A stretch of 63,777 nt of DNA, the filler included, from Octopus bimaculoides (lineage: Eukaryota): assembly GCF_001194135.2 (NCBI RefSeq). It is 7 parts of 7 records of this genome, joined end to end, with 100 filler letters (N's around TTAATTAATTAA, not from the genome) between each part and the next. Parts side by side here need not be neighbours in the genome. Positions count along the whole stretch, not along the records: positions 1 to 24,717 come from NC_068983.1; positions 24,818 to 36,766 come from NC_068988.1; 5 more parts are not named here. One strand, given 5' to 3'. The translations under genes were made by a program, and so were the position numbers. Under the pieces are notes generated by a model that saw nothing but the letters and a program-made list of their open reading frames with translations, was not told the DNA's origin and searched no databases. The stretch's first letter is position 1, and each line of letters opens with the position of its first letter. This document shows positions 13,121-24,878 of this stretch, piece by piece.

Positions 13121-13522
13121 CGTGTTATATATATATAGTGTGTGTGTGTATGTATGTATTCTATGCATGTACTTTCCCATTTGTCACAATAAAAAAGGCA
13201 TTGATGAAGAAGTAAACTAACTGTAATTGCTGATATTGATCTGTTAGATCAATGAGGGTCAAAACTGACCTTTTGCCAGTGCTGGTGCCATGTGAAAAGC
13301 AGCCAGTCCACTCTGTGAAGTGGTTGGCATTAGGAAGGCCATCCAGCTATTGAAACCATGCCAAAACAGACAAAGGAGCTTGGAACAGTCCTGTAGCTTG
13401 CCACTGTGACAATAAAATAAGAAACAAGTCAATTGATCGGAGATATTTCGGGGTGGGGGGGGACATGCCTTTCTCTTGGGCTCTAGTTGAGTAGTCACAA
13501 GCCTGCCTGTTGTCTGCCGTTG

Positions 13523-13556
<34 letters not shown>

Positions 13557-13686
13557 CATTAACTCCGTCACCACCACCACTACAACTACTATTTCCATTA
13601 ACCCCGTCACCAACACCACCATTATCACCACCACCACTACTGCTATTACTACTACTAAAGTGTTTTTATTAATATGTATTTCACAG

Positions 13687-13758
13687 AAAGAACTAATCAG
13701 GGAAGTTGAAATGGGTCCCTTCAAACACACCCTAGATGATGGACTTGACATTCGTAAG
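13687..13758 (+). CDS. CAND1: CAND1 exon: [24 protein letters not shown]
   Basis: CAG acceptor ending at 13686, GTAAGT donor at 13759. This is the conserved CAND1 beta-hairpin region. Confidence 0.97.
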
Positions 13759-13986
13759 GTAAGTGACTTGATACCATCTTGAGATTTTGGGGGCCCTTAC
13801 AATGTAAATGGGGTTAGCTGTATCCAATGCAAATTTGTGCTTGCAAATCACAGAACTAGATAAATTCTGTTATTTCGATACCTTCACAGGAACGTGTTAA
13901 TATATTCTGTTACATAGAAACTGGTTTGAAATTGTCAATAATAATAATAATAATTTCTTGCATTTTTTTTGAAAATGATTTTTGTC

Positions 13987-14018
<32 letters not shown>

Positions 14019-14060
14019 TAATTTTAAATTCTTCCTTTTTTTTTTTTTTTTTTTTTACAG

Positions 14061-14232
14061 GCTGCATTTGAATGTATGTATACCCTTCTGGATTCTTGTT
14101 TGGATCGAATTGATATCTTTGAATTCCTTAATCATGTGGAAGATGGTTTAAAGGATCACTATGATATCAAGATGTTAACCTACTTGATCCTTGTACGCTT
14201 GGCACATCTCTGCTCCAATACCGTTCTACAAA
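14061..14232 (+). CDS. CAND1: CAND1 exon: [57 protein letters not shown]
   Basis: Long poly-T plus CAG acceptor ending at 14060, GTAAG donor at 14233. TIP120 C-terminal domain. Confidence 0.97.
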
Positions 14233-15014
14233 GTAAGATACTGTTGTATTATTATCAGTTTGCAGTGTAATGTTAAGCGTTTTAATTTTTTTCTTAAATT
14301 CTCATTAGTAAAGAAGCCACAAATGTGTGTCAATGTTTAAATTCTGCAATTCACATTGAAAAAATGCACTGATCTCCAAACAGTGTAGTTTGTTGACAAT
14401 TGCTTGTCAACAAATTGTTTGCAAATTCTGTCTTTTCAAAGAAAAGTGAAATGGAAAGTACTTTACATGAAAAAAATCGGTAAGGGTTTGTGACAGAAAG
14501 GGCATCCAGTAATAAAGCAACATCTCAATAATATGTATTCATCCAACCCATGCTGGTACAGAAAAATAGACATAAAATGAACTGATGATTGCTGTGTGTT
14601 ATCAATTAGTGAAATACAATTTTTGTTGTTTTATTCTTGTAAAATATGTCAATGTTTATTAAAATATTTCTTTAATGAGAGAGGCAATTTGTAGGGTTCT
14701 GTCGATCAATAGATTAAAAGTTGTTGGTGTCAAACACCCTCAGCTTAAAATATAGGGTTTTTTGTTGTTTTATTTTAGATATTTGGTGAAAATGTTAAGT
14801 GGGAGTTGTCTTGAATTATGCTTTTACTAAATATCACTGGTTAATGGCTGAGAACTTGGCATTTAAAAAGGGGTTTTAATAGTGAAAAAGTGTAACAATT
14901 TATTTTTTAATATTGAATCATGAAAATGGAATCAAGACTGGAAAGCAATAATCAGGCTCACCTCTTGACATTAACCATTACAAGAACATCAATTATATAC
15001 AAGTTAAACTATAC

Positions 15015-15045
<31 letters not shown>

Positions 15046-15280
15046 GTTTAACATTACAGAACAACTATATACAAGTAAAAGTATATATATATAATATAAT
15101 ATAAGAATAACTATATATCTATAGAAGTAAAGCTGTATGTGATTATATATATATAACATAAGAACAGCTACATATCTACAGATGTGAAACTGAATATATA
15201 TCTTTTTGTAAAACTACATAGTAATTAGAAATGATCTAATTATAAATCTTACAGAGAGAAATAAGCAGCAGTGTTACAAT

Positions 15281-15558
15281 AAAGCAGTTGTTTACTGTCA
15301 ACTTAATGTGACAGTACCAATAAGGGAATCATGCTGCTGCTATTTAGCCCTAGGAAGCTGGACCACTTCCTGTCGGCCTTGATACATTTCCCGTGTCCTT
15401 ATATTTGTGAAAGGGAGACAAGCTTCCACACCCAGCTTTAGTCTGCATTCAGGGACATGTTTCTGAGTCATTGTGGTCTAGCTTCCTAGGGCTAAATAGC
15501 AGCAGTATGATTCCCTTAATGGGTCTGTCACATTAAGTTGACAGTAAACAACTGCTTT
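15281..15558. repeat. Fold-back element with 86-bp near-perfect inverted arms and a 106-nt spacer
   Basis: 15281-15366 is the reverse complement of 15473-15558, with only a few mismatches. Confidence 0.9.
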
Positions 15559-15879
15559 ACAGTAATGTGACGGTGTTAAAGTAAATCAGTAATATATATT
15601 TACATATGCCAGCGTGGAAAACAGGCATTAAATAATATTGATGATGATGATGATGTTAATGCTGACCTTATCTGATTTAGGATTCAGTATGTTGAACCAA
15701 TATATTAAATCCTATATCAGATAATGTTTGCATTACGTAAAATATATTATTGATTTACTTCAATATTATCGCATTTCTATATAGTTTTACTTCTGTCAAA
15801 GTGGACAGCTATATTTTTATATATTTGATATATCAACGTTGACAGTGTGCTTTTGTTTCACCATTTGTTTGTGAACAGC

Positions 15880-16740
15880 CCGGTTGTACGTGGAACTCAT
15901 AGTAGACTGTCAGGCATTCACCAGGGCTCAGTTCTCAGTCCCCTCCTATTCATCATTGTCCTCCGTGCCATAACAGGAATTTAAGACCAGTTGCTCCTGG
16001 GAACTACTATATGCTGATGATCTTTCTCTCATAGAGGAATCCATAACAGAACTAGAAAAGAAATTGCAGGTGTAGAAGCAAAACCTGGAATCAGTGGGTC
16101 TTAAAGGTAACTTAGCTAAGACCAAGGTTCTAGTAAGCAAGATACAGATAGGACCCTACCCCTTTCGGGTAAATGGCCTTACTCAATATGTAGAAATGGT
16201 GTAGGTAGTAATTGGTGTACCCAGTGCAAGCTATGGACACATAAGAGGTGCAGTCAAATTGCAGGAAGGTGAATGGATAAAGTAGTTTTTATATGTGGAA
16301 GATGCACAGGTGCCATAAAGTTCAAGGTCACACGGGAAAGGAGGATTTTCTCAAATGTCCTGGAGGCAAGCTTCCCAGAGGTAGAAGATAGTTTCTGTTA
16401 CCTAGATGAACTAATTAGTGATGGAGGAGGATGTTCTGAAAGTGTAGTTGCTGGAATAAGAACAGGATGGAGAAAGTTCAGAGTTGATACCTCTGTTGGC
16501 AATCAAAGCTCTCTCTCTCTCTCTTTGCAAGTGAAAGGCAGATTGCATCAATACTACATGGTAGTGAGACATTAGCCCTGAATGCAGAGGACATGCATAG
16601 ACTAGAGAGGAATGAAGCCAGCATGTTCCACTGGATGTGCAGTACGCATGTACAACAAACTGCTAAAATATTGAGAAAAATTCTGCATAAGAGGAATCAG
16701 ATGTAGTGTGCAAGAGAGAAGACTGCATTGCTTTGATCAT
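15880..16740 (+). mobile_element. Decayed RTE-clade LINE ORF2 fragment (RT core, PHD-like insert, C-terminal region)
   Basis: GIHQGSVLSPLLFIIV at 15913, YADD at 16010-16021, FCYL..LISDGGGCSESV...GWRKFR, RLERNEASMFHWMC. Frameshifts and stops are present. Confidence 0.88.
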
Positions 16741-16761
16741 GATTTTTTTATATCTCAGACT

Positions 16762-16966
16762 CAGGACCGTAGCTAGGGTGGGGAAAGCGGGGCACATGCC
16801 CTGGGCGCTGCTTTGAGTGGGAGGCACAATTTTGACCAAAATCATTTACTAATTAATCCATTAAAAAAACCAGTTATTCATTTTTTTTATGCATGTTTCT
16901 GCTTTTTTTGGGGGGGGGCGATTTTGATGCTTGCCCTGGGTGCCGTTTACCCTAGCTATGCCCCTG
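16762..16966. mobile_element. hAT-type MITE
   Basis: 18-bp imperfect TIRs CAGGACCGTAGCTAGGGT / ACCCTAGCTATGCCCCTG and an exact 8-bp TSD CTCAGACT at 16754-16761 and 16967-16974. Confidence 0.88.
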
Positions 16967-17125
16967 CTCAGACTGCAAGTTATCTAATGTAAATATTAGC
17001 ATTCAAATGCACGTGTTTGGTAGTTTTACAGCAAAATGCTGTTATCTTTTTTAAATTCTTAACAAGCTTGTTGTAAAGGTTCAACATTTAAAACTGTGAA
17101 ATTCCTTTTTGTTTCTTCACCTTAG

Positions 17126-17272
17126 AACTGGACCGTTTAGTCGAGCCATTGCGAGCTACTTGTACTACAAAGGTGAAAGCACACTCTGTGAAACAAGAGT
17201 TTGAAAAACAGGATGAGTTAAAACGATCAGCTATGAGAGCTGTGGCATCATTACTCAATATTACTGACTCAG
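17126..17272 (+). CDS. CAND1: CAND1 exon: (K)[48 protein letters not shown]
   Basis: TAG acceptor ending at 17125, GTAAAT donor at 17273. CAND1 motif [19 protein letters not shown]. Confidence 0.96.
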
Positions 17273-19102
17273 GTAAATCTTGTTTGAATTAGCATAATTT
17301 CTGTTGATTAGTTAATCCCTCAAACCTCTCGTTATCATTTGATTGAATTATATCTGTGGATATGATTGATTATCAGAAGAATTAATTTGTAATGATTGTA
17401 TTTTTTGATATAGATTGCCCATGTTCAGTCCACTGCAGGACGAGGGCCTCAGCATGTTCTTTCTACCAGGCCTAGCATGGTCTGATGTGGAGGCTGTGAA
17501 TTTGAACTTGAGATCATACTGGTCTAATGAGCTTACTCTGCCGCACCGGCTCAATTGAAATGGTTTGGCAGAGAGCTGCAGTTTTTATACTCTTACCCGG
17601 AAGTGATGTTAACTGCCTGTAGAGTGTACCCGTGTGTGTGTGTGTAAATAATTATTTAGATGTATAAATCAAGGAGTACTCAATACCTACAGTAGTGTGT
17701 TTTATTTGTTCTAAACTCATGATTCAGCATGATTTGACAGTTTTTATGTTACCTGAACGAACTTCACACAACGGGATTAGTGACTGAACCACCACCTTTG
17801 AACATGTGTGTGTTGTTGTTGTGTATGTCTATGTATAGATGCAGGCTTGTCTGTGTGGTAAGAAGTTTGCTTCCCAACCACATAGTTCCAGGTTCAGTCC
17901 CACCGTGAGGCACCTTGGGCAAATATCTTCTACTATGATCTCTGTCCAACCAAAGCTTTGTGAGTGGATTTGGTAGGTGGAAACTGAAAGAAACCCATCA
18001 TATATGTGTATGTCTCTGTGTTTGTTCCACCACCACCACCACCATTTGACAAGTGTTGATGTGTTTACATCCCCTTAATCTAACGGTTTGGCAAAAGAAA
18101 CTGATAAAGTATCAGGCTTTAAAATAATAAGTCCTGGGGTCAATTCATTTGACTAAAAATTCTTCAAGGTGGTGCCACAGCATGGCCATGGTCTAATGAC
18201 TGAAGCAAGCAAAAGATATGCAAGTTGATCTTCAGTGTATTACTACGGCACTCCGTCGGTTATGATGAGGATTCAAATTGATCTGATCAACGGAACAGCC
18301 TGCTCATGAAATTAACGTGCAAGTGGCTGAGCACTCCACAGACATGTGTACCCTTAACATAATTCTCAGGGAGATTCAGCGTGACACAGAGTGTGACAAG
18401 GCTGGCCATTTGAATTACAGACACAACAGAAACAGGAAGAAAGAGTGAGAGAAAGTTGTGGTGAAAGAGTACAGCAGAGTTCGCCACCATCCCCTGCCGG
18501 AGCCTCGTGGAGTTTTAAGTGTTTTCGCTCAATAAACACTCAACACCTGGTCTTGGAATCGAAACCGTGATCCTATAGCCGCGAGTCCGCTGCCCTAACC
18601 ACTGGGCCATTACGCCTCCACTTCAGTGTATTAATAAGTAATGATAATGTAAGTAGAGCAATGTTGTTTATGTTTAAGAACTAACTCTGACCAGATAGAG
18701 AAGATATTGCACTGCAGACAGATTGTTTAGTTTTGTATCCAGTGCCTGGACACTTGTGTTTCTACAACTCTCGCTTAACTGCAGCAAATAGAGACAAGCA
18801 ACAGTGTAATGGGAGTGGGAACAATATCTCGAATTTTGGAAGCAGTTAGTGGCAGTTGTTGACAGGTGACAAGTATTGAAGTATAAACAGGTTGTGTATG
18901 TATGATTTAATATACACGATTACAAAAGAGCTACAAAGAGTTTCATGCTTTTAAGATATATTAAATTGGCAGATTTATCTAATATGCCATTTATCTCCAA
19001 GCAATCTTTCAGGCTTGGTTTAACCAGGACACTGAATGCAAAATGTGGAACAGTAAACTATATGTGTGTGTATAGACATACATGTATGTGTGCTTGTGTA
19101 TA

Positions 19103-19145
<43 letters not shown>

Positions 19146-19880
19146 NNNNNNNNNNNNNNNNNNNNNNNNNNNNNNNNNNNNNNNNNNNNNNNNNNNNNNN
19201 NNNNNNNNNNNNNNNNNNNNNNNNNNNNNNNNNNNNNNNNNNNNNNNNNNNNNNNNNNNNNNNNNNNNNNNNNNNNNNNNNNNNNNNNNNNNNNNNNNNN
19301 NNNNNNNNNNNNNNNNNNNNNNNNNNNNNNNNNNNNNNNNNNNNNNNNNNNNNNNNNNNNNNNNNNNNNNNNNNNNNNNNNNNNNNNNNNNNNNNNNNNN
19401 NNNNNNNNNNNNNNNNNNNNNNNNNNNNNNNNNNNNNNNNNNNNNNNNNNNNNNNNNNNNNNNNNNNNNNNNNNNNNNNNNNNNATATATATATATATAT
19501 ATATATATATACTTAAGGTAAGGTGTGAAGTTGTATGGCTCAGTGGTTAGAGCATCGAGCTTACAATCGAGAGGTTGAGTTCAATTCCCAGACTGGGCTG
19601 TGTGTTGTGTTCTTGAGCAAGACACTTTACTTCACGTGGTTCCAGTTCACTCAGCTGTAGAAATGAGTTGCGACATCATAGGTGCCAAGCTGTATTGGCC
19701 TTTGCCCATCCCTTGGATAACATCAGTGGCATGGAGAGGGGGAGGCTGGTATGCATGGGCAACTGCTGGTCTTCCATACAGTCAAATGACTGAAACATGT
19801 AAAAGTATGTATGTGTGTTTGTGTATATAAATGATAATGATATATATATATATCTTATATATTTCTTATTTCTTTTACAG

Positions 19881-20008
19881 CAAAGAACCCAATTGTGAAT
19901 GAATTTCTAGTACAAATCAAAGGTAATTCCGAACTGTCTGCAATGTTTGAAGCAATACAGAAAGACGTCTCTTCCACTGGGTCAGATTCCTTGATGGACA
20001 TCAGCTGA
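19881..20008 (+). CDS. CAND1: CAND1 terminal coding exon: (A)KNPIVNEFLVQIKGNSELSAMFEAIQKDVSSTGSDSLMDIS*
   Basis: CAG acceptor ending at 19880, TGA at 20006-20008. Matches the CAND1 C-terminus (vertebrate ...ELAAIFESIQKDSSS...MDTS). Confidence 0.94.
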
Positions 20009-20298
20009 ATGCACTCACTCCCTTCTTAGCTCTAACTTTCTTATCTCTTATCATCCTCTGTGCCTTTATTTACAGCTTGTCTCTTCATGTTCACACTTAT
20101 ACTTAACAAACAACATAGAGATGATGATGATGATGAAGAAGAAGAAGCAAGTTTCTATGGCAACATCTGAAATATTGATTGACTTGCATTTTCTTCTCCT
20201 GGAGAATATCATCTTCTGACTAAGGAATTACTATTAACACACACACATACACACACACACACACATACACACACTCATACACTGCTTCTGTCTGTCTG

Positions 20299-20331
<33 letters not shown>

Positions 20332-20620
20332 TACATACATACCCATACACAATTGATGTCTATACTTTAGTTTTCTCTGATTTTCCATGTCTGTTTACGT
20401 CAGACCATTATTTCATAAAGATTTCCTGTTCCTTGCTTTCTACCTCCCCCTCTCTTTCTCTCTCTCTCTCTCTCTCTAATTAAGTGTGCCATTAATTGCA
20501 GTTAGCCTCTGTCCATTTGTCTCACTTGATCCATTTATTGCTGACTTGTTGATTGCTCGGATTATGTTTCTGATATGGCGAGAAAAAAAAAGAGAAGAAA
20601 AAAAAAAGAAAAAAACTGAA

Positions 20621-20757
20621 AATAAATAAACAAACACACCCCACCCCAGACTGGACAATGCAGTTTTTTTATGTCCAAACCCCGCCCCCCACCTCTGCAT
20701 TTCCTTTTCTTCTTTACAGAGTATAAAAATAAATAAAACAAAAAAATTAATAATAAA
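20621..20757 (+). promoter_or_regulatory. Candidate CAND1 polyadenylation signals (several AATAAA)
   Basis: AATAAA at 20621 and about 20728 and 20752, 0.6-0.75 kb after the stop. They lie in A-rich low-complexity DNA, so they may be chance matches. Confidence 0.25.
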
Positions 20758-21268
20758 AAGAAAAACTGAATAAAGTTTCTTTTTCCCCTCCTCCCTAAAT
20801 GTGAAAATGTTTCTTTTTTTTGTGAGATTTCTCTTCTAATTATTATTGAGATTTTTTTCATTTTTTAAAAAATGTATTTTAAAAGAAATCTTTAACAACA
20901 AAACCCATCTCTGTTCTTTTAAACTAGCTTTACTGTGTATATTTATAGCCTCAGGCCGACCGAAGCCTTGTAAGGGGATTTAGTAGATGGAAACTGAAAG
21001 AAGCCTCTTGTATGTATGTATGTGTGTATATATATATATATATGACAAGCTTCTTTCAGTTTCCATTTACCAAATCCACTCACAAGGCTTTGGTCAGCCT
21101 GAGGCTGTAGTAGAAGACACATCACACTCAGGTGCTACACAGTGGGACTGAACCCAGGACCATGTGGTTGATAAGCAAGCTATTTACCACACAGCCACTC
21201 CTGCACTTATTAGAAAGAATAAGATAAAGAGACCAATAGCAAAGATATAATTATATTTTATGTATAAA

Positions 21269-21317
21269 GTCTTACAGCTGTTTCAGGGAAAATCCAATGT
21301 ATCCCTTCATCGGAGAC
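21269..21317 (-). ncRNA. Putative minimal type I hammerhead ribozyme (U4C core variant)
   Basis: Minus strand GTCT-CCGATGA-AGGGA[TACATTGGATTT]TCCCT-GAAAC-AGCT-GTA|AGAC gives stem I GTCT/AGAC, a 5-bp stem II, a palindromic stem III loop and a GUA triplet. Confidence 0.6.
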
Positions 21318-21587
21318 GGTAATAGAAGAAGAATGGATTATTACATCTATAAGAGGAGATTTGTAGTAAGTGGGAGCGATGCGTAGAAGAAAGAACAAAG
21401 AAGAAAAAGTACTTGGAGTATAGTTCCATTCCAACAGTAGATATCCATGTAAAGAATCCTTGTGGTTATTTTCCGGAGATAGTTGGAATGGAACTATACT
21501 TCTTTGTTCTTTCTTCTACGCATCGCTCCCACTTCTTACTGCAAATCTCCTCTTATAGATGTAATAATCCATTCTTCTACTATTACC

Positions 21588-21636
21588 GTTTCCAATGAAG
21601 GGATACATTGGATTTTCCCTGAAACAGCTGTAAGAC
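21588..21636 (+). ncRNA. Mirror hammerhead copy with a mutated core (CCAATGA), probably inactive
   Basis: Same architecture as 21269-21317. The G5A change fits CpG decay of CCGATGA. Confidence 0.45.
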
Positions 21637-21694
21637 TTTATACATAAAATATAATTCTACCTTTGCCATTGGTTTCTTTATCTTATTCTTTCTT

Positions 21695-21731
<37 letters not shown>

Positions 21732-22514
21732 GCTAATACACGGCCCATGTTATATTCCTCACTCGTGTTGCAACCACGTCAGGGGCATAACTAGCCGGTA
21801 TACAGCACTTACTCGGTATTACCTGTATCTTTAGGGTTTGGTTGACTCCAATACCCTTCATAACCTTTATATATATATATAAAATTCATTTTAAAAAAAA
21901 CAGAAAAAAAAGACCACAAGGAAAAAGCAACAATGCAACCACATGCAAAGTATTAATAGGATGCTCAGAGAAGGAAAAGAGTGGTGGTTTTATGTTTCGA
22001 GCATAGCTCTTCTTTGGGAACAGGAAACATCGGAAAGTCCAAAAAACTATATGTATGTATTTGTGTGTCTGTCTGTCCCTCACCATCACTTGACAACCAA
22101 TGTTGGTGTGTTTACATCCCTGTAAACTAGTGGTTTGGCAAAAGGGACTGATAGAATAAGTACTAGGCTTACAGAGAATAAATCCTGGGGTCAGTTTGTT
22201 CGACTAAAGGCGGTGCTCCAGCATGGCCACAGTGAAATGACTGAAACAAGAATATATCTTTATCCTATATTTATTTCAGTTATCAATTAGATTGCTGTCA
22301 TGCTGGAGCACCACACACACACACATATATATATATGTGTATATATATATATATATATGTAAACACACATATGATGGTCTTCTTTCAGTTTCCATCTATC
22401 AAACCCATTCACAAGGCTATAGTGGAAGACGCCCAAAGTGCCATGCAGTGGGACTGAACCCAAAATCATGTGGTTGGGAAGCAAGCTTCTTACCACATAG
22501 CCACTTATATATAT

Positions 22515-22955
22515 ACATGAGGTCTGATCAATAGGTATCCAGACTGTTGCTTTAGTAGCGAAGCTGAAACACACAGAGTGCTTGGAAGGAAGGTGTGTAG
22601 CGTGTGATTGTCGCATTGACCATGACAGAAAGTTGTCATGGCAGTACCTGCTCAGAGGCCTACACAAAGCCGCAGAAAATATGAACCGCACACAAGTGTA
22701 CGAGTGATTCAGACATTTCCAAGATGGCCGAAAAAAATGTCGATAACGACGACTGTTCTGGGAAACCTGCCACCAGCAGAACTGAGCAAAGCATCACAGC
22801 TGTGAGGGGAAACTAGAATCACCATCCGTGAGTTATCAGAGGATGTGCAGATTGTTTACGATTCAGTTCAGTCCATTATCACTGAAGATTTGAGTACGAA
22901 ATGCTTGTCTGCTAAGTTTAAGACAAAACTGCTTTCAGCTGACCAAAAGAACACT
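22515..22955 (+). mobile_element. Mariner transposon 5' relic
   Basis: TIR-like GAGGTCTGATCAATAGGTATCC. Decayed transposase MNRTQVYE*FRHFQDGR...SGKPATSRT and IITEDLSTKCLSAKFKTKLLSADQK (WVPHEL-equivalent region). Confidence 0.72.
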
Positions 22956-23842
22956 CGGGCGGGGCGGGGGGAACCCTGCTGTACACTTTCACTCTTTCTT
23001 CCTGTTCCTGTTGTACCCGTATTTCAAAGGGTCAGCCTTGTCACGCTAACTCTCCGAGAACTACGTTAAGAGTACAGTACACGTGTCTGTGTGGAATGCT
23101 CAGCCACTTACGCGTTAATTGAATCAACTGGAACCCTCGTCGCAGTAATCGACGGAGTACCGTAGTATAAAGAGGTGTTATGCCTGTTGAAAACAAACGT
23201 AATATATAACAGGAAGAAAGTTGTGAAAGAATACAGCAAGGTTCGCCCCCGCCGAAGTCTCGTGGAGCTTTAGGTGTTTTCGCTCAATAAACACTCACAA
23301 CGCCCGGTCTGGGAATCGAAACCGCGAGTTCGCTGCCCTAAACATTGGACCATTGCGCCTCCACTTCAAATATTATTTAATAGATTAACCTTTCTGCTGT
23401 ATTTTACATTCTCATTTCAAATCTCATCAACATCGACTTTGCCCTGGGTCTTTTCAATAAAATTTACGGTGCTCCAGCATGGCCGCAGTNNNNNNNNNNN
23501 NNNNNNNNNNNNNNNNNNNNNNNNNNNNNNNNNNNNNNNNNNNNNNNNNNNNNNNNNNNNNNNNNNNNNNNNNNNNNNNNNNNNNNNNNNNNNNNNNNNN
23601 NNNNNNNNNNNNNNNNNNNNNNNNNNNNNNNNNNNNNNNNNNNNNNNNNNNNNNNNNAACAAGTAAAAGAGTAACTGTTCGCTGCTTCTGCCCCAGAAAG
23701 TTCAGCCTTGTATCAATGTTAAAAACACCTTTAGCCTTGTGCTACCCTTCCGCCTTCCATTATTAGATGTATTCTAATGTTTGAAGTAAGATTTTCTGTT
23801 GCTAAAGTAAAGTTTTCTAAACCAACAACTAAATAACCTCTC

Positions 23843-23913
<71 letters not shown>

Positions 23914-24599
23914 CACACACATACACGCACCATGTGTAGGTTGCCAATACATATATACACACACATACACATATGTAGTTTGCCAATTCTACTTATGAAT
24001 GTCTGCACATCGGTCATTATATTTTCTCACTGTTGTGACGTTTTGGTCTAAAGTTTTAATTGGTTGATGGCAAAAGTTCAAAGTTTCAGCTTGTTATGGA
24101 TGGAACCTCCTTCAACCACTTTAGACATTCTCAGTGACTTAAACTCGGTGACGTTGGAAGAAAAGCCATTGGTCAGTTATTCATTTCGTATTGCTTGTGT
24201 TTTAGTCCAACTTGTTTATGGGTATAATTCTTGAAATACCTGGCGGTGAATGTTAAACAATCTAAAAGCTGCGCAATACTATCAGAATCATGGGGATCTT
24301 TGTGATTTGACGGGCAACATTTTTTTATACTTCAAATACTTGTATATTTTGTGTTATAGAACAGATAAAAAAATTTGTATTCGAAGTTATTTCATGTAAA
24401 AAATTGTCGTATTTCGGTAATTTCAACCAATCACTGACGTCTATTGAGGTAAAAACAATTACGCCCTGGAATGTAAACAACGGTGTTACGGGATTTTTTC
24501 CCTTGAATAAAATTAGTACCGTTGTTTGTCAACAAAAACTATCAGCGGTATATTTTTCGTTTGTCAGTTATTTATGACATCGTTCGTGCGTTTGTACTG

Positions 24600-24717
24600 G
24601 TTTTAGCTTTAGGGTTAGGGTTCGGGTTTTAGAGTTAGGGTTAGTTTTAGGATTACGGTTAGGGTTATGATTATTTTTGCCATAACCTTAACTCTAACCC
24701 TATAACTCATAACCCTA
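24600..24717. repeat. Degenerate (TTAGGG)n followed by inverted (CCCTAA)n at the segment end
   Basis: TTTAGGGTTAGGGTTCGGG...TTAGGGTTATGA, then CATAACCTTAACTCTAACCCTA...AACCCTA. Confidence 0.7.
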
Positions 24718-24817
24718 NNNNNNNNNNNNNNNNNNNNNNNNNNNNNNNNNNNNNNNNNNNNTTAATTAATTAANNNNNNNNNNNNNNNNNNNNNNNNNNN
24801 NNNNNNNNNNNNNNNNN
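24718..24817. other. Artificial join 44N-TTAATTAATTAA-44N (also 36767-36866, 46559-46658, 55415-55514, 60731-60830, 62284-62383)
   Basis: An identical 100-nt spacer occurs six times. The 12-mer gives stop codons in all six frames. Confidence 0.97.

Positions 24818-24878
<61 letters not shown>

Larger units (their letters stand above)
21212..21693. repeat. Long fold-back element (arms 21212-21435 and 21482-21693), each arm containing a hammerhead-like motif
   Basis: The arms are reverse complements with roughly ten substitutions plus small indels. The spacer is 46 nt. Confidence 0.92.

Noticed and set aside
14582-14615. CTGATGA followed by GAAA on the plus strand
   Set aside because: Stem II does not close next to GAAA, and stem III and the NUH triplet are absent.
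15454-15463. GAAACATGTC hammerhead-like tail (minus strand) in the spacer of the 15281 hairpin
   Set aside because: There is no CTGANGA core or stem I at the required position.
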